Positions 46,729 through 58,538 of a stretch of 64,000 nucleotides of DNA are shown here, piece by piece. Numbering within the stretch: the first letter of the stretch is position 1; the number at the start of each line of letters is the position of its first letter. The translations under genes and the position numbers were made by a program. The notes beneath the pieces were generated by a model. That model was not told the origin of the DNA, searched no databases, and was given only the letters and a program-made list of their open reading frames with translations. The stretch comes from an uncultured Chloroflexia bacterium (GTDB lineage Bacteria > Chloroflexota > Limnocylindria > Limnocylindrales > CSP1-4): contig CAWEHL010000004.1 in the NCBI GenBank assembly GCA_963808895.1, positions 697,715-761,714 of the forward strand. The letters are read 5' to 3'.

Positions 46729-48587
46729 ATGGACACGATCCGACTGACCACCGCCCAGGCCATCGTCCGCTGGCTGCTCGCGCAGCGGACCCGGATCGAC
46801 GGCGAGGAGGTCGCCGATCTTCGCCGGGGTGTTCGGCGATCTTCGGGCACGGCAACGTGACGTCGCTGGCCGAGGCGCTCGAGCCGGTGCAGGACCGGCT
46901 GCCGACGTGGCGCGGCCAGAACGAGCAGTCGATGGCGCTGGCCGCGCGTGGCCTACGCCAAGGCGATGCGCGGTCGGCGGATCATGATCGCGACCTCGTC
47001 GGTCGGGCCCGGGCTCGACCAACATGGTGACGGCCGCCGCCGTCGCCCACGCCAACCGGCTGCCCGTCCTGCTGATGTCCGGCGACACGTTCCAGCACCG
47101 GATCGTCGACCCCGTCCTCCAGCAGGTCGAGCACTTCGGCGACCCGACGATCACGGTCGCGGACACGTTCAAGCCGGTCAGCCGCTACTGGGATCGCATC
47201 ACCAAGCCCGCCCAGATCGTGCAGTCGCTCCCGCAGGCACTGGCGACGATGCTCGATCCGGCGACCCGCGGCCCGGCGTTCTTCGCCCTGCCGCAGGACG
47301 TCCAGGCCGAGGCGTACGACTTACCCGACGCGGTTCTTCGAGCCGCGCGAGCACTACATCCGCCGGCCCGGGCCGGATCCACGCGACGTCGAGCGCGGCG
47401 GCGGACCTCATCGGCCGGGCGCAAGCGCCCGATGCTCATCGCCGGTGGCGGCGTCCACTACGCGGATGCGACGTCGAACGGTCCGGGCCTTCGCCGAACG
47501 CCACGCGCATCCCGGTCGTCGAGACGGTGGCCGGCAAGGCGACGCTGACCCACGACCACCCGAACTACGCCGGCCCGATCGGGGTCACCGGCTCGCGCGC
47601 CGCTAACGCCGTCGCCGAGCAGGCCGACGTCGTCATCGCCGTCGGGACGCGGCTGCAGGACTTCACGACCGGCTCGTGGTCGGTGTTCCAGCGATCCGGA
47701 CGTGCGGTTCGTCGGCATCAACACCGCGTCGTGGGACGCCCACAAGCAGGGCGCCCTCGCCGGTCATCGGCGACGCGAAGGTGACGCTCGAGGCGATCGA
47801 TGCCGCCCTCGGCGACTACACGGCCGCCGCCCGAGTGGCTGGCGATGGCCGACGAGCGCATCGCCGAGTGGCACGCCTATCTCGACTCGTGGTCGGGGCG
47901 GACAGCACGACGGCCCGCCCGCCTACGCCGAGGTGATCCAGGCGATCAACGCCGTCGCGCGATCCGGCGGACTACATCCTGTCCGCCGCCGGCGGCCTGC
48001 CCGGCGAGCTGAGCATGGGCTGGCGGTCGAAGTCGGTCGGCTCGTTCGACTCGGAGTACGGCTACTCGACGATGGGCTACGAGATCGCCGGCGCGTGGGG
48101 CGCCCGGCTCGCGCGGCCGACCGGCGACGTCATCGCCTGGGTCGGCGACGGCTCGTACCTGATGATGAACTCGGACATCTACTCGACCGTGATGACCGGC
48201 CAGAAGGTCATCTTCATGGTCTGCGACAACGGCGGCTACGCCGTCATCAACCGCCTCCAGGTCAACACCGGCGGCGCCGAGTTCAACAACCTCCTCTCGA
48301 CGACCCGCCACGAGCGCTACTTCCAGGTCGACTTCGTCAAGCACGCCGAGGCGATGGGCGCGATCGCCGAGCGCGTCGAGTCGCGTCGCCGACCTGCCGG
48401 CGGCGTTCGCGCGTGCCAAGGCGGCGGACCGGAGCTACGTGATCGTCGTCCCGGTCGACCAGTACACCTGGACCGAGGGCGGCGCGTGGTGGGAGGTCGG
48501 CGTGCCCGAGGTCAGCGAGCGGCCAGCGGTCCGGCCGCCCGCGAGGCGTGGGAGGACGCCAAGCAGCACCAGCGCGTCGGCGTCTAG
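46729..48587 (+). CDS. iolD: ThDP-dependent trihydroxycyclohexane-dione hydrolase IolD (frameshifted)
   Basis: IRLTTAQAIVRWL, IFGHGNV, GQNEQSMA, DPVLQQVEH, GTRLQDFTTGS, EYGYSTMGYE, VGDGSYLMM, WWEVGVPEV. Confidence 0.93.
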
Positions 48588-48595
48588 GCGCATCG

Positions 48596-49391
48596 GTGGG
48601 CGAGTTCGACGGCCGGGTCGTCATCGTCACCGGCGCGGCCTCGTTCCTCGGCGAGGCGCATCGGCAGCGTCCTGATCGACGGTGGCGGCTCGCGTCGATC
48701 CTGGCCGACCGCGACGCCGAGCACGGCGCGGCCGTCGCGGAACGGCTCGGCGTGCAGCGCCCGGTTCGTCGAGACCGATGTCGCGAGCGACGCCGACCTC
48801 GACCGGCTCGATCGCGACCGCGATCGACGGCTTCGGCCGGCTCGACGGCGTGGTCGGCGGCGAGCGCCAACTTCGAGGACGAGCGCCTCGCCAGCGACCG
48901 CGCGATGTGGCAGCGCGTGCTCGACGCGAATGTCGCCTCGGCCGCGATGCTGACCACGAAGGCCGCGGCCGTGATGCGGCCGGGCGGCGCGATCGTCCAC
49001 ATCGCATCGGTCAGCGGCCACGTCTCGCAGCCGCGCGGGTCGTCTACAACGTCTCGAAGGCCGGCGCTGCTGATGCTCGTGAAGAGCGCCGGCAACCACC
49101 TCGCGCACGCAGCGGCATCCGGGTCAACGCCGTCTCGCCCGGCTGGATGTGGAGCCGGAACATCGAGCGGCGCTACGGGACGCGCGAACGGGCCGACGCC
49201 CTCGCCGCGGAGTTCCAGCCGCTCGGCCGGATGGCGGAGCCGCGCGAGGTCGCCGAGGCGGTGGCGTTCCTGCTGTCGGACCGCGCCTCGTTCATCACCG
49301 GCGCCGAGCTGCTCGTCGACGGCGGCTACCGGACGCTCGGCCCGGAGGCGCTCGGCCAGCCGTTCGAGAAGGTCCGGACGATCGTAGCTAG
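48596..49391 (+). CDS. Short-chain dehydrogenase/reductase (frameshifted)
   Basis: VIVTGAA, YNVSK, IRVNAVSPGW, ASFITGAELLVDGGY. Confidence 0.88.
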
Positions 49392-52083
49392 CGTCCGCCC
49401 GAGTCAGCGGCGTCGTAGCGGTCGCGCGGGCCGAGTTCGTCGAGCGTCGCGCGACTCGACGCGAAGTACTCGGCCAGGCGCGCCCGCTCGGCCGGCGAGC
49501 GGACGGCCGCGATGGTCTCGACCCAGGTCCGCGCCCCATCGATGATCGTGCCGATCACCGCGGCGTCCTCGACGGCGAACGGACGCCTGCCCGCCGACGT
49601 CGAGATAGATCGGCGAGCTGTGGGCGCCCATGCTCGTCGCGAACGCCGAGTGGATGTGCGCGCGGCTCGTCGACCCGCGCCGCGAGCCAGCCGCTCGCTC
49701 GCGACCGTGACGCGCTCCGACGAGCTCCAGGCGGTCCGATCGGCCGCGGCTCCGCCGGACGTCGCGACGACCCGCCGTCGTGGATGAGCTCGATCGCGTC
49801 GATGACCGGCTGCGCGGCCCACGCCGTGCACCCGGACCTCGACCGTGCCGCCGCCGCGCACCGAGGCGCGACGACGTCGCCCGGCCCGTGGCCATCGACC
49901 TCGAGGTCGATGAACGCGCCCGACGACACGAACGTCCGGCCCGCCCGGACCGCCTCGGCCCAGGCCGGCGAACGACAGCGGCCGCTCGGGATCGAGTCGG
50001 GCGTACGTCCGGATCGCCCCGACCGGGACCTCGGCCGACATCTTGTCGGTGCCGCCCACGACCGGCAGCCGGTAGCCGCAGGCCAGGAAGCGGTACCACT
50101 CGCGGATCGACGGCCCGTCGACGCCCGGGGTCAGCGCCTGCATCTCGACCGCGTCGATGCGTCCGCAGACGATGTCGGCGGCGATCTCCGCGTAGGGCAG
50201 CGGGAAATGGACGGCGACGGCCAGGCCCCCCTGGGCGTGGGCCGCGTCCGCCCAGTCGCGCATCAGCCACTCGAGCGGATCGCCCATCCGGGCCTCCGGC
50301 GGGCCTGCGCTCGCCATCGGCAGGACCGGCATCGGACGCGCCGAGCAGCCCGATGTGGCCGAGCATGTTCTGGCGGTTCTCGCTGCCCATGACGACGAGG
50401 TGCTCGCCGGCGTGGTCGGCGACGACCTCGGCCGGCAGGTCGCTCAGGCTGGTGTGGTGGTCGCCCCACTGCGTCGCGAGCAGGTTCGACGATCGCCACG
50501 CCCTCGGCGCGGGCCTGGAGCAGCGCCGACGTCGGCGAGATGAAGTGGACGTGGCAATCGACCGCGGTCCAGCCGCCTCGGCCGTGCGACCGCGCTCGAG
50601 CGGCGAGGACCAGCGGTGCACGCGGCCGTCGCCGACCTCGATCGTCCGGCGGACGGGTCGGTGGCCGAACCCGTGGACGACCTCGACCTCGACGGGGCCG
50701 GCCGGCAGCGCGATCGGGAACCGGCCCGGGACGTACGCGTAGGTCGCATCCGCCGAGGACGACGTCCGCCCCGGAGTCCTCGTTGAGGCCCGGGTTGACC
50801 TCGTCCCGATGCCCGAGCGGCGGGAGGTAGCGGCCGTCGGGCGCCACGAAACGGACACGGGCGGGCATCGGCTCGCCGGTGGCCGCATCGACGATCTCGA
50901 CATCGACGCGCCGGGTCGGCGTCGGCAGCGACTCGATGGTGACCCGCGCCGAACCGCCGTCTGTCGCGCCCTCGGCCGGCAGGTCCGCTGCGGCCGGACC
51001 CGTGCGTCGACCCGATCGCGAGCGTCGCGTCCGGCGCGATCGCGAGGTCGACGAGCGACGGCGCTGTCGATGCCGTCGTCGTCGCGTCGGCACGCCCCAG
51101 CCGACGACGCCGTCGCCGGTGGAGCGCCGCGCCGCGAGCGCCGGCGCCGGGCGCTGCCGGAACACCTGCCCGAGGTCGACCGCCGACCTGCGGCTCGTCG
51201 CGCGTCGGTCGCCGTCGATCCGCAGCGTCCGCCGCGGCTGGATCGCGAGCGGCGAGGCCGTCCCGCGGAACGCCGTCACCGCGCCGACGACGACGCCGCC
51301 GCCCTCGTCGAGCGGTGCGAGCGGCTCCATCCGCAGTCGCACCAGCCGGCCGCCGGTCGCCGGGATCTCGAGTCGCGTACAGCCAGAAGACGATGTCGCC
51401 GGTCGGGCTCGGCACCGAATCCGCCACACCGGTCTGGGCCGGACCCCAGCTGCCGGGCAGGATGCCGAGCAGGCCGGCGTCGCCCGGCGCGGCATAGCCG
51501 GCCGGAGGCGGCACCGGGTGCGGGCCGCGCCAGTCGAGCGGCGCGTCGACGGGATGCGGGACCGCGGCGAACGCGCCCTGTCCCCAGCCGACGATGCCCT
51601 CGTTGACCTCGAACCGGCGCCGGACGACCCGCTCGACCGACCGGCCCGGACGCGAGCTCGACCGTGTAGCGGGCGAGCGGCTGGCCGACCGGCGTGACCC
51701 AGCCGATCGGCAGGTCGGCGGGCCGGCCCGTCGAGCGGGTCGCGCCACGCATCGCAGAAATGCGCGACGACGAGGTGGCTGGCCGGCCCGACCGCGTCGC
51801 GCAGGTCGACGCTCGGCCTCCCGGTCGAGCAGCAGCCAGCGGCGGTCGGCATCCGCGGCGGGCGAACGCGGAACGGCAGGCCGCGAAGGACCTGTCGAGC
51901 CCGCCGGCAGCCGTCCGATCGCGTCGCGATACGCCGGATGGAGGCGACGCGGCCGAGGTCGACGTCGCTGGTCCGTGCGCGGACGCCGCAGGTCCGACCG
52001 GGTCGCCAGCGAGCCCGGTCGCCCGCGGGGCTCGTCATCGCGTGCCGGTGGTCCGTCAGGTCGTCGCGCCACGGACCGCTCAT
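49388..52083 (-). CDS. Large CehA/McbA-family (PHP-like) metallohydrolase (heavily frameshifted)
   Basis: DCHVHFISP, NLLATQWG, GSENRQNMLGHIGLL, AHAQGG, WYRFLACGYRLPVVGGTDKM; GGGAGG RBS. Confidence 0.75.
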
Positions 52084-52104
52084 CCCTCCCGCCGACACGT
52101 CGCG

Positions 52105-52151
52105 TTGACCCTCCGTCGTCGGTATGCTAGCGTCCGCGCAACCGATTGCAC
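52105..52151 (+). promoter_or_regulatory. Promoter TTGACC-N17-TAGCGT (extended TG) followed by a second LacI operator
   Basis: -35 at 52105-52110, -10 at 52128-52133; GCAACCGATTGCAC at 52138-52151 is identical to 41829-41842. Confidence 0.78.
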
Positions 52152-52249
52152 AAGCCACTGGATGCAGCGCGAAGCGGAGGGGCATCGCTCGGTTGGATGT
52201 GTGGACGCTTCCAGCGGCCCGTCGGCGCGATCGCCGTGCGGCGCGATCG

Positions 52250-53403
52250 ATGACCCCGCGCCACGTCCGCGAGCTGAGCCGAGCCGGATGCGTCGACGCG
52301 CCCGAACGTCGGGTCGTCCTCGCGGACGTCGCCCGGCTCGCCGGGACGTCCGAGGCGACCGCGTCGCGCGCCCTCAAGGACGACCCCCGGATCGGTGAGG
52401 CGACGCGTGCCGCCGTCCGCGCCGCCGCCCAGAAGCTCGGCTACGTCCCGAACGCCGCGGCGCGGAGCCTGCGTGCGCAAGCGGACGCACATCCTCGGTC
52501 TTCTCCTCGACGACCTCGCCGATCCGGTCCACGGCAAGGTCGCCGCGGGCTTCGAGGAGGCCGCGGCCAGCCAGGGATACGCGGTCTTCATGATGACCGG
52601 CCTCCACGACCGGGAGCGCGAGCAGCGGGCCCTGACGGTCGCTCGTCGAGCACCGCGCCGACGGCGTCGCGCTCGCATCGTGCGTCAGCGACCCCGGCGA
52701 TGTCTTCCGGCGCCTGCCGAAGGACCGGGTCGTCTTCGTCCAGCCCGACTATCCCGGCTCTCGCGCGACGGCGCCGAGCCGCCGGCCCGGGGCGTGCTGC
52801 GCAGCGACGACACGCGGCGGTTTCACCGCCGCCGTCGAGCACCTCGTCGAGCGCGGGTATCGGCGGATCGCCTACGTCGGTCCGGGCAGCGGGCTCGGCC
52901 GACGCCTTGCGCCGTGCCGACCGCGAGCGAAGCTCATCGATCGTCACCGCTCGGCCCGATACGCTTCGTCGACTGCCGGCGCGGACGGCTGGCGCGATGC
53001 GTCGGGATGTCGCCGAACGCCTCGCCGCCGATCCGCCCGAGGCGGTCATCTGCTACGACGACAAGCTCGCGCTGAGCCTGCTCGACGCGCTTCGGTCGAC
53101 CCGGCTCGACGTCCCGCGCGACCTGGCGCTCGTCGGCTTCGACGGGATCCCGGCCGCCCGCCAGTCACGGCCGCGGCTCACGACCGTCGATGTGCCGTCG
53201 GTCGAGCTCGGCCGGCGGGCCGTCGAGATGCTGCTGGCATCGACGCGGGAGGGCGGCACGCCGGCATGCGTCGCAGGTCATGCCCGTCCGACCTCGTGAT
53301 CGGCGAGAGCACGCCGCCGCGCAGCCGTCCGACGCCATCGGCGGGTCGTCGCGACCGCTGCCGGACGGTCGCCGTGGCCGGGCGAGGGACGAGCCGTCGA
53401 TGA
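52250..53403 (+). CDS. LacI-family transcriptional regulator (frameshifted)
   Basis: [56 protein letters not shown]. Confidence 0.92.
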
Positions 53404-54560
53404 CGCAGGCCGCCGCCGCACCCGCGATCGAGCTCGTCGACGTCACCAAGCGCTACGGCGACGCCGTCGCCCTCGATGGCGTCTCGCTCCGCATCGACTC
53501 GGGCGAGTTCTTCTGCCTGCTCGGCCCGTCCGGGTGCGGCAAGACGACGACCCTCAACCTCATCGGCGGGTTCATCCCGCTCACGTCCGGCGAGCTCCGG
53601 ATCGAGGGCCGGCGCGTCAACGACCTGCCGCCCCACCAGCGCAACGTCAACACGGTCTTCCAGAACTACGCGCTGTTCCCGCACATGACGGTCGCGGAGA
53701 ACGTCGCGTTCGGGCTGCGGATGGAGGGCCTCGACGGCGCGCGAGATCGCCAGTCGCGTCGATGAGTACCTCGACCTCGTCGGCCTGGGCGCATACCACG
53801 ACCGCTACCCGACCCAGCTGTCCGGCGGCCAGGCCCAGCGGGTCGCGCTCGCCCGCGCGCTCGCGAAGCGACCGGCCGTGCTGCTGCTCGACGAGCCGCT
53901 CGGCGCGCTCGACCTCAAGCTGCGCAAGCAGATGCAGGTCGAGCTCTCGCGCATCCACCGCCAGGTCGGCACGACCTTCGTGTTCGTGACCCACGACCAG
54001 GAGGAGGCGCTGTCGATGGCGACGCGCATCGCCGTCATGGCCGGCGGGCACGTCCGCCAGATCGGGCCGCCGCGCGAGATCTACCATGCGCCCGGTCGAC
54101 CGGTTCGTGGCCGACTTCATCGGCGAATCGAACTTCCTCGACGGCACGCGTCACCAACGGCGGCGGCGCCGCCGGCGTTCCAGCTGCGCAACGGGACGAT
54201 CCTGCCGCGCCCGCGTGCCGTCCGACGGCGCCGAACGGGCCGGTGCAGCTGATGGTCCGGCCCGAATCGGTGTCGATCGGGACCGCGCCGCCCCAGGCCG
54301 GACGGTCGACCGGCCGTCGTCAAGGGCCGGGCGAGCCAACGTCGCATTCATGGGCAACCACACGAGGATCACGGTCCAGACCGACGCCGGGACCCTCGTC
54401 GCCTCCGCTTTCGCGAGTCGGACGAGCAGGGCAGTCGAGGAGGAGATGGTCGATCAGGAGGTGCACGTCTGGTGGGATCCGCGCGAATCGACGGTCGTCG
54501 CCGCCGGCGACGAGCCGCAGATCCGAGACGAGGAGACTGGAGGAGGAGCTGAGGCGATGA
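53400..54560 (+). CDS. ABC ATP-binding subunit, PotA-like (frameshifted)
   Basis: [67 protein letters not shown]. Confidence 0.92.
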
Positions 54561-55696
54561 CCGTGCTTCGATCAGATCAGCTGTCACGGCGACGGTTCCT
54601 GCAGGTGACCGGCGCCGTCGGCGCGACCGTCGGCGCTCGGCGGCGTCTCCGGCCGCCTGCAACGTCATCGGTCGGCGGCGCCGCCAGGGCGGGCACGTTC
54701 AACTGGATGACGTGGAGCGACCACTACATCGACACCCAGCTGACAAGGCCATCGAGGACTCCGACAAGATCATCGCCCGCGATCAGCGAGCTCGCGGGCA
54801 ACGCCGAGGGCTACGCCAAGCTCAAGGAGGTCAAGGGCCAGCTCGACAAGATGTCGGGCGACGCCCTGTGGGTGCCCGAACGCCTACTAGCCAAGGACGG
54901 CCTCATCGAGCCGTTCGACATCAACGAGCTGAAGGTCTCGTCGCAGCTCTATTCGTTCGCCCGCGAGTTCCCGTATCTGGACGAAGCCCGAGGGCTACCT
55001 GGCTACCCGTTCGGCTGGTCCCCGATCATGCATCTATTACGACCCGGCCAAGGTCAGCGGCGGCCCGACCGCTGGCAGGTCCTGCTCGACCCGAAGTACA
55101 AGGGCCGCATCGTCGTCGAGAACCAGCCCGAGGAGATCGTCGCGTACATGGCCCGCGCGGCCGGCTTCGACAACGCCGTACGACCTGACCGACGACCAGC
55201 TCGCGACCGTCAAGGGCTACCTCGAGAAGCTCAAGCCGAACGTCCTGAAGTTCGCCCAGCAGGCGACCGACAGCGTCAACTGCGATGGTCAGCGGCGAGG
55301 CCTGGCTGATCACCGGCAACCTCGGCAACGAGGACCGGGTCAAGGACGGCGGCGGGCCGGAGATCAAGGGCTATCGTCCCGAAGGAAGGCACCGTCGGCT
55401 GGCACGGACGCCGAGATGATCGTCAAGGAGGGCGCCAACAAGGCGCTCATCAAGCCGTTCCTCGAGAAGTCGCAGCAGGCCGAGAACATCGCCGAGAACT
55501 TCCTCGCCAACGGCCGCCCGCTCTTCAACGAGAAGGCCTACAAGCTCCTCGTCGACCAGGGCAAGCAGGACCAGGCCGACCGCTACCTCTACAGCAAGGC
55601 CGAGGACGATGCTCGCCGAAGACGGTCCTCAAGGGCCCGGGCACGTCGACCGACAAGTCGATCCAGCTCTTCAACGAGGTCTTCGGCGGAGGCTGA
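54557..55696 (+). CDS. Tat-exported PotD-like substrate-binding (lipo)protein (frameshifted)
   Basis: SRRRFL twin-arginine motif, probable AAC lipobox, FNWMTWSDHY, W..LLDPKYKGRI, PKEGTVGW. Confidence 0.8.
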
Positions 55697-55705
55697 TCGT
55701 CTGAC

Positions 55706-56633
55706 ATGACGGCCGAAGTGGTCACCGGGGTCGAAGCGGCCCCGGTCGGCCGTCGATCTCCCGCGGTCGCTCTGCGCGGCTGCGGCAGCTCGCGCCGTTC
55801 CTCCCGGCGGCGCTGCTGCTCGCGGATCCTGTTCTTCGTGCCCCTCGCGGTGATGTTCGTCTTCTCGCTGTGGACGACGAACGCGAACCTCGACATCGTC
55901 CCGGTCTGGAACCTGGACAACTACGCGCAGTTCTTCAACGAGCCGCGACGTACGTCCGGACGCTCGCTGCAAGACCGTGATCATCGGGCGCCGCGGTGAC
56001 GGCGATCTGCCTCGTCATCGCGTTCGCGGTCGCGTACTTCCTCGCCCGCTACGTCTCGCGACGGTGGGCGCGGCTCGCCCTGCTCGTCATCATCGTCCCG
56101 TTCTGGTCGAGCTACCTGCTGCGCGTCTACTCGTGGCAGGCGATCCTCGGCGAGAAGGGCGCGCTCAACCAGCTGCTGATGGGCCTCGGGACTCATCGCC
56201 GAGCCGTCGCGGCTGTTCGTCTACAACGACATCGGGACGTTCATCGTCCTGACCTACGTCTACATGCCGTTCGCGATCCTGGTCCTGTACGCGTCGCTCG
56301 AGCGATTCGACTTCACGCAGCTGACCGCGGCCCAGGACCTCGGCGCGAGCCCGTCCGGGCGTTCCGCCACATCCTGCTGCCCCAGATCCGGCCCGGCCTC
56401 ATCACGGCGTGCGATCTTCGTCTTCATCCCGATCCTCGGCGAGTTCCTGACGCCGTCGATGGTCGGCGGCGCGTCGGGATTGCTGATCGCCAACCTGATC
56501 CAGACGTTCTTCAAGAACGCGCTCGTCCCCGCAGGGCGCCGCGCTCGGATTCCTGATCGTGGCGTTCGTCACCGTGCTGCTGATCGTGTTCCGCAAGTAC
56601 CTGCGCGTCGAGGACGTGTACGCCCGTGGCTAA
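55706..56633 (+). CDS. ABC permease, PotB-like (frameshifted)
   Basis: LDNY, PFWSSYLLRVYSW, GALNQLL, YMPFAILVLYASL, AAQDLGAS. Confidence 0.87.
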
Positions 56634-57504
56634 GAGCGTCGATCCGCTCGAGACGATGCCGGTCAGCCGGTACGCCGGGCTGACCCGCTGGGGCCTGCGG
56701 GTGGTGTTCGCGCTCCTGGTCCTGTTCCTCTACCTGCCGATCGTCTTCATGGTCGGCGTTCTCGTTCGACGAATCGTCGACGCCGGGCCTGCCGATCCAG
56801 GGACCGACGCTCCACTGGTACGACGTCATGATCCACAACCGCCAGCTCCTGACGGCGGTCGGCAACACCGTGAGCGTGTCGCTCATCGTCTCCGATCCTG
56901 GCGACGATCATCGGGACGATGGCGGCCTTCGTCCTCGTCCGCGGGCGGCTCCGCTTCCCGAACGGCATCCGCATCGTCTTCACGCTGCCGATCATGGTCC
57001 CGGGCGTCCTGATCGGCGATCGCCCTGCTGGTCTTCTTCTCGCGCGCGCTGTCCACGCGAACCTGTCGCTGATGACCGTCATCGCCGGGCAGCTCGTCGT
57101 CACGGTCCCGTTCGTCGTCCTGATCGTCGCCTCGCGCCTGCAGAGCTTCGATCGGAAGCTCGAATGGGCGGCGGCCGACCTCGGCGCCTCGCCGCGACGG
57201 ACGCTCCGGCACGTCGTGCTGCCGCTGATCGCGCCGGCGATCCTGGCCGGCGCGCTGATCTGCATCACGCTCTCGATCGACGAGTTCGTCATCACCTGGT
57301 TCACGGTCGGCAACCAGCCGACGCTGCCGACCTACATCTACACGAAGGTCAAGTTCGGCGTGACGCCCGAGGTCAACGCGGTCGGCACGGTGATGCTCGT
57401 CGCGACGCTGCTGATCTTCGGGCATCGCCGGGCTGGCGCTCGGTCGGTCGCGCCGCTCGCCTGCCGCGCCGCCGCGCCGCCCCGCCTGCATGAGCCGCGC
57501 CTGA
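56626..57504 (+). CDS. ABC permease, PotC-like (frameshifted)
   Basis: FLYLPI, TLHWY, AAADLGASP, LSIDEFV, TLP, GVTPEVNA. Confidence 0.88.
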
Positions 57505-58516
57505 TGCGCGCCGCCGTCTTCAAGGGCGAGGGCGTCGTCGAGCTCGAGGACGTCCCGGAGCCCAGGGTCGAGGCCGATGACGACGTCGTCATCGAGGTCG
57601 AGGCGTGCGGGATCTGCGGCACCGACCTGCAGATCCTCAACGTGCCGCCGGGCCACCCGGCCGACGCCGGCGTCGTGATGGGCCACGAGTTCATCGGCCG
57701 GGTCAGCGCGCGTCGGCGCGAACGCGGCGTGGCGCTCGCGATCGGTCAGCGGGTGACGGTCGATCCCGATCCGAAGTGCGGCGTGTGTGGTCCGTGCCGC
57801 GCCGGCCGGCCGGCGAGCTGCGAGAACGTCCGTGCGCTCGGCATCTTCCGGGACGGCGCGCTTGCGCGCGAAGGTCAAGGCACCGGCCGACGCCGTGTTC
57901 CCGCTGTCCGACGCCCCGTCAGCCCGGATCGCCGCGCTGATCGAACCGCTCGCGTGCGTCGTGAACGGCGTGAACAAGGCGAACCCGCGGCCCGGCGAGT
58001 CGGCGATCATCTTCGGGGCCGGCGCGATCGGCTGCCTGTTCCTCGCGATGTTCAAGGCTGCAGGCGCCGGGCCGGTGATCGTGGTCGAGCCGCAGGCCGA
58101 TCGCGGGGCGGTCGCCACGGCCGTCGGAGCGGATGTCGTCGTCGGCCCGAACGACCTCGAGGCGCGCCGTCGGGAGCTGCTCCCCTACGGCGCCGACGTC
58201 GTCGTCGACGCGGTCGGCAGCCAGTTCGGTGCCGCCGTCGAGCACGCCGCGCTCGGCGGGCGGATCGTGCTCTTCGGGCAGAACCAGACAGGCGCGCCCG
58301 CCGATCCACCAGTACACGATCACCGAACGCTCGCTGACGGTCCTCGGGTCGTACGTGACGGCGTTCACGTTCCCGACAGCGATCCGGCTGGTCGAGAACG
58401 GAGCGCTGAACCTCGAACCGATCGTGACCCACGTGCTGCCGCTCGACCGGCTGACCGAGGGCCTCGATCTGCTCCGTTCCGGCGCGGCGACCAAGGTCGT
58501 CGTCACGCCCGCCTGA
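57504..58516 (+). CDS. Zn-dependent medium-chain (polyol/cyclitol) dehydrogenase (frameshifted)
   Basis: CGICGTD, GHE, CGVCGPCRAGRPASC, EPLAC, GAGAIG. Confidence 0.9.
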
Positions 58517-58538
58517 CCGGCCGGCGGGCGACCCCTCC

